In this document: piece after piece, positions 47,302 to 59,765 of the stretch | How positions within the stretch are numbered: the stretch's first letter is position 1 | How the letters are laid out: the number at the start of each line of letters is the position of its first letter | Assembly: GCA_964187785.1 (NCBI GenBank) | Contig: OZ076409.1 | Coordinates: 88,104,001 to 88,164,000, forward strand | DNA from: Amphiscolops sp. MND2022 | Lineage: Eukaryota | Direction: 5' to 3' | DNA length: 60,000 nt | The notes under the pieces: generated by a model | Databases searched by the model: none | Told to the model about the DNA's origin: nothing | The model's input: only the letters and a program-made list of their open reading frames with translations | Translations under genes and position numbers: made by a program

Positions 47302-50300
47302 CTAGAATTTGATAGACTTCACTGTTGTATCAATCCTTCCACCCATGTATTGCCCTCTCTTTTTCTTGGTTTTCTCATGCTTGAAATTTCTCCCGAAAAC
47401 AGCCGACAATTGCTTATTGGCCTTGAATCCCCAGCTATCCCTGGCACCGGGCAAAGAGCTGAACTTGTTATCTAATTTCTCCATTTCGTCTCTACGGAAG
47501 TCTTCGGCTTTCACTCTTCGGAAAGGCTCGCTACGTCTTCTCTCAATTTCGTGATTGTTTCTGCTGAAAGAGTCATAATTGTACTGAACTTGATTGAGCT
47601 TCTTTTCACTGTGAGGCTTGGTGTAGTTCCAACTTTGGTGCTGCAGAGTTTTGTTCTTGCCCAGTGTTACCTGAAATTTCAGAAAGTTAAACTCTTACAG
47701 TTGGAGATACTGATATCAAAGGTATCAACGTTTCTACCATACATTTCGATCAAGTGCTGATACTGTCATCTGTAATTTAACCAGACAATGGAAGATGTTC
47801 ACATTCTCCTTGCTGTTATCAGTTTGTTCCCAAGTTGGACAAACGAAAAACCTCAAATTCGGGCACGATAATATTGTTCTAAGAAAACCTTGCCTTACTG
47901 TCATCTTCATACTAAATTCTTTATAACAGACTACATAAGACAACCAATTGACCGACCTTCGCTGTTAGGCTGCCCTTGTTTTCATCTGAGTCATCTGAAG
48001 TATTGTCACTTGGATCAGCTGGCTTCTTTGCTCCATTCGAAGATAATACTCTGGGAAGTGTTTTAGGTTCAGGCACGCTGTCATCAGATCCTTCATCCGA
48101 TGATTTAGAAACTTTTCCTTTCTTGAACACTGGCGTAACGACTGCACCATTTGAAAGTAGCGTCTTTGCTGAAGGAGCTTTAAATGAAACTTCCGAATCA
48201 ACAGTAACTGTGTTACCACCAGCCTTCGACTTTTTTGAAACCACAGCTGTCATGAGTTTTTTTGCAGCAGGGGGTTTGGGTTCACTATCCGATTCTTCAC
48301 TAGATGACTTCTGTTGCCGTTTCTTGGACCCTGGCTTTGACGGAGTAACTGCAGGTTTCTTAGCAACCGGTTTCGTTGGTGGCTCATCTTCGGAACTCTC
48401 ATCGGAAGATTCTTCCACCTGATTCAACTTTTGAACCGGTTTTGCAGGAGAGTTAGCAGGTTTCTTGGTAGTTGGAGCCTTCACTGGTGGCTCATCTTCG
48501 GAATCCTCATCGGAAGAATCTTCTACCTGCTTCGATTTTTGAACAGCTTTTGCAGGAGTGGTAGCAGGTTTCTTGGTAGTTGGAGCCTTCACTGGTGGCT
48601 CATCTTCGGAATCCTCATCGGAAGAATCTTCTACCTGCTTCGATTTTTGAACTGCTTTTGCAGGAGTGGTAGCAGGTTTCTTGGTAGTTGGAGCCTTCAC
48701 TGGTGGCTCATATTCGGAATCCTCGTCGGAAGATTCTTCTGGCTGCTTCGATTTTTGAACAACTTTTGCAGGAACGGTGGCAGGTTTCTTGGTAGTTGAC
48801 GCTTTCGCTGGTGGCTCATCTTCGGAATCCTCATCGGAAGAATCTTCTACTTGCTTCGATTTTTGAACAGCTTTTGCAGGAGTGGTAGCAGGTTTCTTGG
48901 TAGTTGGAGCCTTCACTGGTGGCTCATCTTCGGAATCCTCATCGGAAGAATCTACCTGCTTCGATTTTTGAACTGCTTTTGCAGGAGTGGTAGCAGGTTT
49001 CTTGGTAGTTGGAGCCTTCACTGGTGGCTCATATTCGGAATCCTCGTCGGAAGATTCTTCTGCCTGCTTCGATTTTTGAACAACTTTTGCAGGAACGGTG
49101 GCAGGTTTCTTGGTAGTTGGAGCCTTCGTCGCTGGTGTTTCATCTCCGGAACTCTCATCGGAAGATTCCTCCGCCTGATTCAACTTCTGAACCAGTTTTG
49201 CAGGAGCTGAAACAAATTTCTTAGCTGCTGGAGGTTTTGTCGGTGAGTTACCCTCGGAACCTTCATCATCAGACGATTTCTGCTTGCGTTTCTGCGGCGG
49301 CTTCAAAGCTACATGCTTCTTGCCCAGTGATGGTTTTGCTGGAGCATCATCGACCGAATCGTCTTCAGAAGATTCTTGTTGCGGTTTTTGAACTGGTTTC
49401 GCTGGTACAACAGGCTTCTTAGCAGGTGGCAGTTTCGCAGTTGGTTCGTCATCAGAATCATCATCAGAGGATTCTTCTTGCGGTTTTTGGACTGGTTTCG
49501 CAGGTACCACAAGTTTCTTAGCAGCTTGTGGCACAACAGGCTTTTTACCAACTGGTGCTTTTGCAGGTTCGTCTTCCGAATCCTCATCAGAAGATTCTTG
49601 TTGTGGTTTCTGAACTGGTTTTGCTGGCACCACAGGCTTCTTAGCAGGTGGCGGTTTCGCAGTTGGTTCGTCATCAGAATCATCATCAGAAGATTCTTCT
49701 TGCGGTTTTTGAACTGGTTTCGCTGGTACGACAGGTTTCTTAGCAACTTGTGGCACAACAGGCTTTTTACCAACTGGTGCTTTTGCAGGTTCGTCTTCCG
49801 AATCCTCATCAGAAGATTCTTGTTGTGGTTTCTGAACTGGTTTTGCTGGTCCCACCGGCTTCTTAGCAGGTGGCGGTTTCGCAGTTGGTTCGTCATCAGA
49901 ATCATCATCAGAGGATTCTTCTTGCGGTTTTTGGACTGGTTTCGCAGGTACCACAGGTTTCTTAGCAGCTTGTGGCACAACAGGCTTTTTACCATCTGGT
50001 GCTTTTGCAGGTTCGTCTTCCGAATCCTCATCAGAAGATTCTTGTTGTGGTTTCTGAACTGGTTTTGCTGGTCCCACCGGCTTCTTAGCAGGTGGCGGTT
50101 TCGCAGTTGGTTCGTCATCAGAATCATCATCAGAGGATTCTTCTTGCGGTTTTTGGACTGGTTTCGCAGGTACCACAGGTTTCTTAGCAGCTTGTGGCAC
50201 AACAGGCTTTTTACCATCTGGTGCTTTTGCAGGTTCGTCTTCCGAATCCTCATCAGAAGATTCTTGCTGTGGTTTCTGAACTGGTTTTGCTGGTCCCACC

Positions 50301-53300
50301 GGCTTCTTAGCAGGTGGCGGTTTCGCAGTTGGTTCGTCATCAGAATCATCATCAGAGGATTCTTCTTGCGGTTTTTGGACTGGTTTCGCAGGTACCACAG
50401 GTTTCTTAGCAGCTTGTGGCACAACAGGCTTTTTACCAACTGGTGCTTTTGCAGGTTCGTCTTCCGAATCCTCATCAGAAGATTCTTGTTGTGGTTTCTG
50501 AACTGGTTTTGCTGGCACCACAGGCTTCTTGGCAGGTGGAGGTTTCGCAGCTAGTTCGTCATCAGAATCATCATCAGAAGATTCTTCTTGCGGTTTTTTG
50601 ACTGGTTTCGCAGGTACCACAGGTTTCTTAGCAGCTTGTGGCACAACAGGCTTTTTACCAACTGGTGCTTTTGCAGGTTCGTCTTCCGAATCCTCATCAG
50701 AAGATTCTTGTTGTGGTTTCTGAACTGGTTTTGCTGGTACCACAGGCTTCTTAGCAAGTGGCGGTTTCGCAGTTGGTTCGTCATCAGAATCATCATCAGA
50801 AGATTCTTCTTGCGGTTTTTGAACTGGTTTCGCTGGTACGACAGGTTTCTTAGCAACTTGTGGCACAACAGGCTTTTCACCAACTGGTGCTTTTGCAGGT
50901 TCGTCTTCCGAATCCTCATCAGAAGATTCTTGTTGTGGTTTCTGAACTGGTTTTGCTGGTCCCACCAGCTTCTTAGCAGGTGGCAGTTTCGCAGTTGGTT
51001 CGTCATCAGAATCATCATCAGAGGATTCTTCTTGCGGTTTTTGGACTGGTTTCGCAGGTACCACAGGTTTCTTAGCAGCTTGTGGCACAACAGGCTTTTT
51101 ACCAACTGGTGCTTTTGCAGGTTCGTCTTCCGAATCCTCATCAGAAGATTCTTGTTGTGGTTTCTGAACTGGTTTTGCTGGTACCACAGGCTTCTTGGCA
51201 GGTGGAGGTTTCGCAGCTAGTTCGTCATCAGAATCATCATCAGAGGATTCTTCTTGCGGTTTTTGGACTGGTTTCGCAGGTACCACAGGTTTCTTAGCAG
51301 CTTGTGGCACAAAAGGCTTTTTACCAACTGGTGCTTTTGCAGGTTCGTCTTCCGAATCCTCATCAGAAGATTCTTGTTGTGGTTTCTGAACAGGTTTTGC
51401 TGGCACCACAGGCTTCTTGGCAGGTGGAGGTTTCGCAGCTAGTTCGTCATCAGAATCATCATCAGAAGATTCTTCTTGCGGTTTTTTGACTGGTTTCGCA
51501 GGTACCACAGGTTTCTTAGCAACTTGTGGCACAACAGGCTTTTTACCAACTGGTGCTTTTGCAGGTTCGTCTTCCGAATCCTCATCAGAAGATTCTTGTT
51601 GTGGTTTCTGAACTGGTTTTGCTGGTACCACAGGCTTCTTGGCAGGTGGAGGTTTCGCAGCTAGTTCGTCATCAGAAGATTCTTCTTGCGGTTTTTTGAC
51701 TGGTTTCGCAGGTACCACAGGTTTCTTAGCAACTTGTGGCACAACAGGCTTTTTACCAACTGGTGCTTTTGCAGGTTCGTCTTCCGAATCCTCATCAGAA
51801 GATTCTTGTTGTGGTTTCTGAACTGGTTTTGCTGGCACCACAGGCTTCTTGGCAGGTGGAGGTTTCGCAGCTAGTTCGTCATCAGAATCATCATCAGAAG
51901 ATTCTTCTTGCGGTTTTTTGACTGGTTTCGCAGGTATCACAGGTTTCTTAGCAACTGGTGGCACAACTGGCTTTTTACCAACTGGTGCTTTTGCAGGTTC
52001 GTCTTCCGAATCCTCATCAGAAGATTCTTGTTGTGGTTTCTGAACTGGTTTTGCTGGCACCACAGGCTTCTTGGCAGGTGGCGGTTTCGCAGCTGGTTCG
52101 TCATCAGAATCATCATCAGAAGATTCTTCTTGCGGTTTTTGAACTGGTTTCGCAGGTACCACGGGTTTCTTAGCAACTTGTGGCACAACAAGTTTTTGAC
52201 CCACTGGCGCTTTTGGCGCTTTTGCAGGTTCGTCTTCCGAATCCTCATCAGAAGATTCTTGTCGTGGTTTTTGAACTGGTTTCGCTGGTACGACAGGCTT
52301 TTTAACCATTGGTGGTTTTACTGGAGCTTCGTCGGAATCGTCTTCAGAAGATTCTTGTTGCGGTTTTTGAACTGGTTTCGCTGGTACTACAGGCTTTTTA
52401 ACCACTGGTGGTTTTGCTGGAGCTTCGTCTGAATCGTCTTCAGAAGATTCTTGTTGCGATTTCTGAACTGGCTTCGCTGGTACGACAGGCTTTTTAACCA
52501 CTGGTGGTTTTACTGGAGCTTCGTCTGAATCGTCTTCAGAAGATTCTTGTTGCGGTTTCTGAACTGGCTTCGCTGGTACGACAGGCTTTTTAACCACTGG
52601 TGGTTTTACTGGAGCTCCATCGTCTGAATCGTCTTCAGAAGATTCTTGTTGCGGTTTCTGAACTGCCTTCGCTGGTACGACAGGCTTTTTAACCATTGGT
52701 GGTTTTACTGGACCTTCGTCTGAATCGTCTTCAGAAGATTCTTGTTGCCGTTTCTGAACTGGTTTCGCTGGTACGACAGGCTTTTTAACCACTGGTGGTT
52801 TTACTGGAGCTTCATCGTCTGAATCGTCTTCAGAAGATTGTTGTTGCGGTTTCTGAACTGGTTTGGCTGGTACGACGGCCTTTTGAACCACTGGTGATTT
52901 TACTGGGGCTTCGTCGGAATCGTCTTCAGAAGATTCTTGTTGCGGTTTCTGAACTGGTTTGACTGGTACGACAGGCTTTTTAAGCACTGGTGGTTTTACT
53001 GGAGCTCCATCGTCTGAATCGTCTTCAGAAGATTCTTGTTGCGGTTTCTGAACTGCCTTCGCTGGTACGACAGGCTTTTTAACCATTGGTGGTTTTACTG
53101 GACCTTCGTCTGAATCGTCTTCAGAAGATTCTTGTTGCGGTTTCTGAACTGGTTTCGCTGGTACGACAGGCTTTTTAACCACTGGTGGTTTTACTGGAGC
53201 TTCATCGTCTGAATCGTCTTCAGAAGATTCTTGTTGCGGTTTCTGAACTGGTTTGGCTGGTACGACGGGCTTTTTAACCGCTGGTGGTTTTACTGGGGCT

Positions 53301-54265
53301 TCGTCGGAATCGTCTTCAGAAGATTCTTGTTGCGGTTTCTGAACTGGTTTCGCTGGTACTACAGGCTTTTTAACCACTGGTGGTTTTACTGGAGCTTCGT
53401 CGGAATCGTCTTCAGAAGATTCTTGTTGCGGTTTCTGAGCTGGTTTGACTGGTACGACAGGCTTTTTAACCACTGGTGGTTTTACTGGAGCTTCATCGTC
53501 TGAATCGTCTTCAGAAGATTCTTGTTGCGGTTTCTGAACTGGTTTCACAGGTACTACAGACTTCTTAGAAACTGGTGGCTTTGCCGGTACGACAGGCTTC
53601 TTATCCACGGGTGGTTTTGTAGGTTCATCGTCCGAGTCATCGTCAGATGATTCCTTTTTAGGATTCTGCAGTTGTTTCGCTGAAAGAGCCGGTTTTTTAA
53701 CAGGTAGTTGTTTCGTTGGGACTCCATCCGAATCATCAGACGATTCTGGTTCGGCATTTTTAATCTGCTTTGTAGAAACAACAGCTTTCCTAGGCATTTG
53801 AAACTCTGTAGAGGGCAAACTGTCTAAGTCTTCAGATGATCCTTGAGACAGCGAAGTTTTAAGTTGGCCGCCTAACTTTCCATTTACAATTTTTGATGTC
53901 ACTAGTTGTTGGCTCTGTTTTTTAATGTTCCTCATAACTACCCTGAAAAAAATAAAATGATGAAACCCCCCATTTAAGGGATAATACAAAATTAATTTCA
54001 AGCCTGTCAAAAACTGAGGGACAGCGCCTGTCAAATTGTTTCAAACAAGTTACTTCATCAAATAATTAATCGTAGTTAGTCAGGTGCTTAATGGCTGAAC
54101 TGGGATAAATTGAACTGAGTAGAATCGCCCATGCACGAGGGGGAGACCATTATAAACCAGAAATCAGTAAACGGAACAGTAATAGCTGTTACTAGAACCA
54201 TTATTAGGATAAGATGATGATGATCTTATATCTCACTTGAGAACTGTGTTTGGAAATGCCAACAT
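47302..54265 (-). CDS. NOLC1: Nopp140 / nucleolar and coiled-body phosphoprotein 1, greatly expanded (~2,100 aa); complement(join(47302..47670,47957..53942,54237..54265)); first exon tentative
   Basis: The last exon encodes the SRP40_C domain: EPFRRVKAED...DNKF...DSWGFKANKQL...GRNFKHEKTKKKRGQYMGGRIDTTVKSIKF*. A 6-kb exon holds alternating acidic Ser-rich (ESSDDDSDDE, CK2-type) and K/P/A-rich basic blocks. Splice phases are consistent. Confidence 0.9.
48390..53530 (-). repeat. Coding tandem repeats of NOLC1: 96/99-bp units (~52330-53530), 222-bp dimer units (~49370-52260), 108-bp units (~48390-49170)
   Basis: Periodicities are visible in the DNA and in the shadow ORF spacing (51195/51417/51639 = 222 bp). 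The variant EGPVKPPM recurs 390 bp apart (52711, 53101). Confidence 0.92.
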
Positions 54266-55157
54266 GAAAATTCAAGACAGGGTATGACTCAAAATTTAGG
54301 AATATTAGTTTTCACCGTTTTGGAGCTGCGGCCTACTTCGTAGAAGCAGATTGACCAATTCTGGAAACATTTTTTCATCGATTATAATGACAGGCAGTTA
54401 TCCGGCTAATTTCCTATTGTTCCCAACCAAAAAAAAACAGAACCAAAAATGATACCAAACCAAAAAAACAGAGTCGCATGTGCGGTGTCGGAGTCGGAAA
54501 CGGATTAAAATGTTGAGAAACAAATTACGTCTTTTTCATTTGGTCATTTTGGGACTAATTTTTGGCTATCGGTGTCATGCGATTTTGATGTCATTGCGCA
54601 CCCAGGATGACTGTGCTAAATTTTAGAAAATTCGTATGGAGTTTTTGAGAAATTTGAAATTTTCATGGAAAGGTTGGGATTAAAAAAAGGTACGAGTGCG
54701 TATGTAGTCGAAAATTTTTCCGACTACTAATAACGGTGCAGTGCACTCTAGTTCATATATTAAACTGACACAGCGCTAGCTAAAAGCAGACAACAGAAAT
54801 ATTATACATAAAAATAGTCTGCGATTTTGACCAGTGCTACAATGGTGTATTTTGACGAATTTCAGTATTTTCCGACTTTTTGATGCATTATCTCAATAAC
54901 GATAGGTCGTAAAAAATACGCAGAATATATTCAGTGAGCTTGACACTGTTGGTATTTATTATGGTACCCTTTGTTAAGTATACCATTACCGGAGATCTAT
55001 TTTTGTCAGTTATTACACGTTAGTTATTTTTCAGTTTACACAGAGGCGAAGCGGTGCTTCGCAACACATGACGAAGACATCGATTATTTTAATATGCGTA
55101 TATATATTATTTTATTCCCATGCGTATATATTCAACAGTTCAACTTTGTTCAATAAC

Positions 55158-55227
55158 GTCCCTATGGCATATTGGTCAACACTTATGCCGTGCAATCGGG
55201 AGGCTGCAGGTTCGAATCTCTCTGGGG
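55158..55227 (+). mobile_element. tRNA-derived SINE-like head
   Basis: TGGCATATTGG A-box-like motif and GGTTCGAATC B-box; no intact cloverleaf. Confidence 0.45.
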
Positions 55228-55360
55228 TTTTGGCTTTTTTCTAAAAGGCGCTCATTATGAAGTTGACTATAGTGGAAAAAAAACTTACTTAGCTGGACTG
55301 CAATGCAAATTGACTTCGTCATGTGCAATAATGATGAGCGTTGTGTCTTAACTTAAGACC

Positions 55361-55469
55361 GGTGCTTAGTGGGCGTCTTGTTAAAGATAAAAAGTAAGAT
55401 CGAACATGGTAAATGATTTACCATGTTCGATCGTACTTTTTATCTTTAACAAGACGCCCGCTAAGCACC
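55361..55469. repeat. 109-bp near-perfect palindrome (54-bp arms, 2 mismatches, 1-nt spacer)
   Basis: GGTGCTTAGTGGGCGTCTTGTT...GGTAAAT-G-ATTTACC...AACAAGACGCCCGCTAAGCACC. Confidence 0.92.
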
Positions 55470-55682
55470 AGGATATTTTCCGCTACAAAAAATGTAACGC
55501 TCCAGCACGGGTTCAAAACCATGACCTCGCGCCTGGCAGGCAGACGCACTACCAACTGTGCAACAGTGACTAGTTTATCGTTTTACTAAATGGAGTAAAT
55601 AAAAGTGGAATTTGGCAGAATTTGTAAAAAAAACGCAACACAGATCATGATTTTCCTCCCCCATTTGTGGGCGGAAAATAAC
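55448..55682 (+). mobile_element. Short Helentron/DINE-like family B element carrying a tRNA-Gly(GCC)-like sequence (minus strand 55498-55570)
   Basis: Starts AACAAGACGCCCGC...GATATTTTCCGC and ends with the hairpin TTTTCCTCCCCCATTTGTGGGCGGAAAATAA. The internal reverse complement GTCACTGTTGCACAGTTGGTAGTGC...CTGCCAG...TTTGAACCC is tRNA-like. Confidence 0.5.
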
Positions 55683-55684
55683 AA

Positions 55685-58600
55685 TGGTAGCAGGAGGCCA
55701 ATGACGTCGTACAAGTGCCCCCAGATTCCAGCGAGAAGACATATGAGACGTGGAGACGCGAGGTTGCGTTATGGCAACACGTCACTGAACTCCCAAAGAT
55801 TAAGCAGGGTGCTGCTGTTGCACTTTCCTTGATCCCGCGGTCCTTAACGCGGAAGACGTTATCGACAAACTTTTGGAAGAGATGGACAAAAGTTTTTAAA
55901 AAAAGAAGCATGATCTCGCATATGAAGCCCACAAAAACTTTGAGAATTACAGGCGAACAGAGGAACCGATGCTTGAGTTCATTCGAGAGTTCGAGAAACG
56001 ATACAAAGATACGTCGTTGGACGGCATGAAGCTCCCCGAAGATATAAGAGGATGCAAGCTGCTGGAAAGTACAAACTTGGAACAGCGGGACAAACAAATG
56101 GTTTTGAATGCCACGACGTCATTAGAATACGACAAAATACAGACAGCTCTACGTCGAAGTTTTGGTTCTTTGAGTGCTGATGGCCATGGGAATGATGGAA
56201 ATCCAAAAATCAAGTCCGAAGCGTTCGCCACTGGAAGGGCATATGAAAAGTCATGGAAAGGGCGTTTTTCGAAGAGGTGTTGGAAAGAAGAGAAATCCCA
56301 GCGGTAAGGATGGTCGAAAAGCAAAATGCCTGAATTCTGGTTCCATCTTCCACTATGCTTAGAATTGTCCAGATAAGCAGGAAGAGAATCAGTCAGCGTC
56401 GTCAGCTCCCATTTCCAGTGCATTCTCGACGAGAGAAAAGGAGGAGGAATCGCTGATAACGCTTGCTTTGATTGCTGGGACATCCCTTTTGTCAGTAACT
56501 CTCAATTGTGCTATTTTGGATACTGCATGCACGGGCGGTGTGTGTGGTCAGAAGTGGTTGGACCATTTCATCAACAGTTTGCCCGATAACTTACGTTCTG
56601 TGGTCAAACACGAGAAATCAAAATATCAAATTGTTTTTTGGGAAAATAGAGAAGCAGAAAGCATCAACTAGAGTTACTACTCCTGCTTGGAGGTTTGGAA
56701 AGAGGTGTATTGTCACAGCTGACGTTGTTCTGAGTAGCTTGCCACTGTTACTTAGTAAGACTGTCATGAGAAAGGCCAAAGTTATGTTGAAGTTGGAAAC
56801 TGATGAAGGAGAGTTTTTTGGAAATCGAGTGAAGCTGAATTCCACTTCGTCTGGTCATTACTTCATACCCTTGATTCAGAATTTTGCAACTTCGATTGAT
56901 GCGTTTGTGACTTCTGACAGACCGATCTTTGTGACTGATAAACAGCTATTGAAGCTTCATATTCAGTTTGGACACTCCAGTATCCCTGCGCTAGAGCGTC
57001 TACTACGAAATGGAAAAGTCCGTTTCAGGCAGGAAAATCTGAAAAGTGTGTTGCCCAGGTGTCAGACGTGCCGACTGCATTCAGTTTCTGCCAAAATCCC
57101 AATGGTGTCGCTTCCCATTTCTTCAGAGCCAAATGAGGTCATTTCGATAGATTTACATCAGTTGGGACCCTTCTTATGGTATCTGCATATGATTTGCTTA
57201 TATTCACATTTTAGTTTACCTGTTAGTGTTACACCCAAGAAACCTGATGTTATCATTAGTGCATTTGTAAAAACTTGGGTATCTGTTTTTGGTCGTTCTA
57301 CCAAAGGTATTCTCACTGATAATGGCGGTGACAAGTTGGCCGAAGGTTTGAGCTTGAAGGTTTTAACCACAGCTGCTTATTCACCTCAGAATAATGGAAC
57401 TTGCGAACGACATAATCGCACGGTGGCAGAAACACTACGGAAAGTTCGCGAGGATTGAACAAATTTCGACATTGACACTTTCTTTATCGTGTCTGGCGAA
57501 AAACAGTCAATACAGCAACAATGGCTTCACACCCATGCAAATTATTTTCGGGAGGAATCCCAGTATCAGCACAGTATTAGATGACAAGCTCCCGGCATTG
57601 AACGGGGAATCAAGTATAATGGACTATGTGACACGACTGCTGCGTATGCTAAAAACCACCAGAACGAGTTTTCTGGAGGCTGAGACCTCCACCAGAGTCC
57701 AGCGGCTCTCAGACACAACGTTCCTGGAGTTCACGTGTGTGAAGCTGGAGATACAGTTCATTATAGGCGTTATCCGAACCGTACCTGGCACGGACCTGCT
57801 CGTGTAATTGGTAAAGACGGAAAAACTGTTGCGAAAACATGGATCTAATGTAATTAGGGAGCATGCGACAGACATCATTGTCGAATCAAGTCTTTATTTT
57901 GCTCCTGACGGAATTTCTGATTCACAAGACACATTTGATGTCACGGAAATCAGCCCCGAATCAATAGAAAATGAGATGGAGTCTGAAGACGAAGCACCAA
58001 CGAACATTTTCTACTGCTTCAAGCTCGGTTTCTACCTTGGAGCAAGAGAGGATTCCAACATCAATTCCTGAACAGCAACACAGCTGTCTCGAACTTTGGA
58101 TAGTACAAAATCTGTAGGTTTGCGCCCCAATTCATTAATTCAATGCAAGAGCTCTGAAGATGGCGGCCAGGAAACCTATATACCACAAAAGTGATATCCC
58201 GTGCTGGAAATATACTATTGAGTATTTGTCTCCCGATTGATCCCAGGGACAAATTTGCTGCTTGGATCTGTCGCAAGATGTCACTTCCTGGCGGTTAGAA
58301 GACAAAAAGACGTCTTTATAGCCGATTTTGATGAATCATTTTTCACATATGCCATGTCAGCTGAGTTTAAAAAACCGGGAACGCAATAAGGTCTTCTCTA
58401 TTGTGGAGAACAACAGCCAGAAAACGATGGGTACACGGTGGGTCCTCACGATGAAGAAGCTAGATAGTGGCGAAATTGTACCAAAAGCGCGACTCGCCCT
58501 TAAAGGTTGCCAAGAAGAAATGGACAAAATTGAGCGAGGGTCGCCAGTTATTGCGAGACGCCATCTGGGTTTTTCTCTGTTTGCTCTGTTGAAGACTGGA

Positions 58601-59765
58601 ATTCTTGTTCTCTAGCTGTTAAAACTGCGTTTCTGCAGCGGAATCCGTTGGATCGAGAAATCTTCATCAAACCGCCAATTGACATTGACCGAAATGTTCT
58701 TTGGAAGCTTGATAAAACAGTTTGACTTGAAAGATGCATCTAAACAATGGTATCTACGAGTCAAACAAGAATTGAAAACCCTTGGCGTCAACCCTTGTTC
58801 ATTCGAGCCGTCAATGCTTCTGTGGAAACCTCACGGAGAACTGAATGGCCTAATCTGTATTCATGTAGATGATTTCTTTATTGCTGGAACTCAGAAGTTC
58901 CACGAAATCATCATCAAAAGTCTGGAGAAGACCTTTACAATTGGAGCCGGAAGCGCGTTACCTTCTGTTTTTACAGGACTGGAAATCGCTTCTCATAGAA
59001 ATGGGTTACTTTTGTCACAGAAATTCTACATTGACAATTGAAGAGATGGATGTAAACTTCCATCGAAACGAGCCCTTATACAAATCATCAATGAGAAATC
59101 TTCGTGGTCTGATCGGTAAACTCCAATGTGTGGCTGGTCAAACGCTTCCGGACATCTCTTTTGGCGCTAATATTTTAGCTGGTGTTACTGTGGCTACGGC
59201 AACTTCAGTTCAATGCTCGGAAGCGAACAAATTAACTCGCAGAATTTCACTCCGGAATTCATCTTACTTTCCCCAAAAGTGTGAATTTTGACAAAATTGT
59301 GGTATATTCTGATGCCAGTTTCTAGAATCTTCAAGGTGGAGGTTCACAAGGAGGCCACATAGTTTTTTTAGTTGATTCTCAATCTAAGATCTGTCACCGT
59401 CTCAGGTGGAATTCTGAAAAAATTCGTAGAGTAACACGTAGCACACTGGCAGCGGAAACGTTAGCTTTACAGGATGCATTGGACTCTGCAATTCATTTCG
59501 GGGCAAAACATTTGCAATTAACGGGGTTACAGACAGTGTTTCGCTGTACAATTCGATCTATTCTAATAAAAATTGCGAGGAAAAACGACTGAGAATTGAT
59601 ATCAGTTCGATCAAAGAAATTCTGGAAAAGAAGAGTGTGAAAAGTATTCTTTGGGGTGAAGGAAAATCACAACTTGGTGACTCCTTGACTAAACGATCGG
59701 CTATTCCTGATTTCTTGCTTGAAGTTATTCGAGCAGCCCGTATTCCTTATGAAATTATTTTTAAT
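55685..59765 (+). mobile_element. Decayed Ty1/Copia LTR retrotransposon, GalEa-like (gag-PR-IN-RT-RH pseudogene)
   Basis: PBS TGGTAGCAG (tRNA-Met type) at 55685. Gag KTYETWRREVALWQHVTELPKIKQGAAVALSL; protease AILDTACT; integrase HIQFGH...CQTC...IDLH...TDNG...NGTCER; RT ICIHVDDF; RNase H KIRRVTRSTLAAETLAL...GDSLTK. IN-before-RT order; many stops and frameshifts; LTR pair not resolved. Confidence 0.88.

Noticed and set aside
47742..47878. Two possible 27-nt in-frame micro-exons of NOLC1 (NNIIVPEFE, MTVSALDRN)
   Set aside because: They have AG/GT boundaries but are not needed for the frame and have no homology support; RNA-seq is required.
47965..53781. Many W/F/R-rich and N/L/R-rich ORFs overlapping the NOLC1 exon
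   Set aside because: Antisense or alternate-frame shadows of a codon-periodic repeat; no independent gene signals.
54947..55157. Candidate 5' LTR of the Copia element or a solo LTR (TGTTGG...)
   Set aside because: No match to the sequence after the Copia pol (59781 onward) and no TSD.
55498..55570. Functional tRNA genes (also 55158-55227 and 45354-45426)
   Set aside because: Acceptor and T stems do not pair properly and two of the three B-boxes are degenerate; treated as SINE or pseudo-tRNA.
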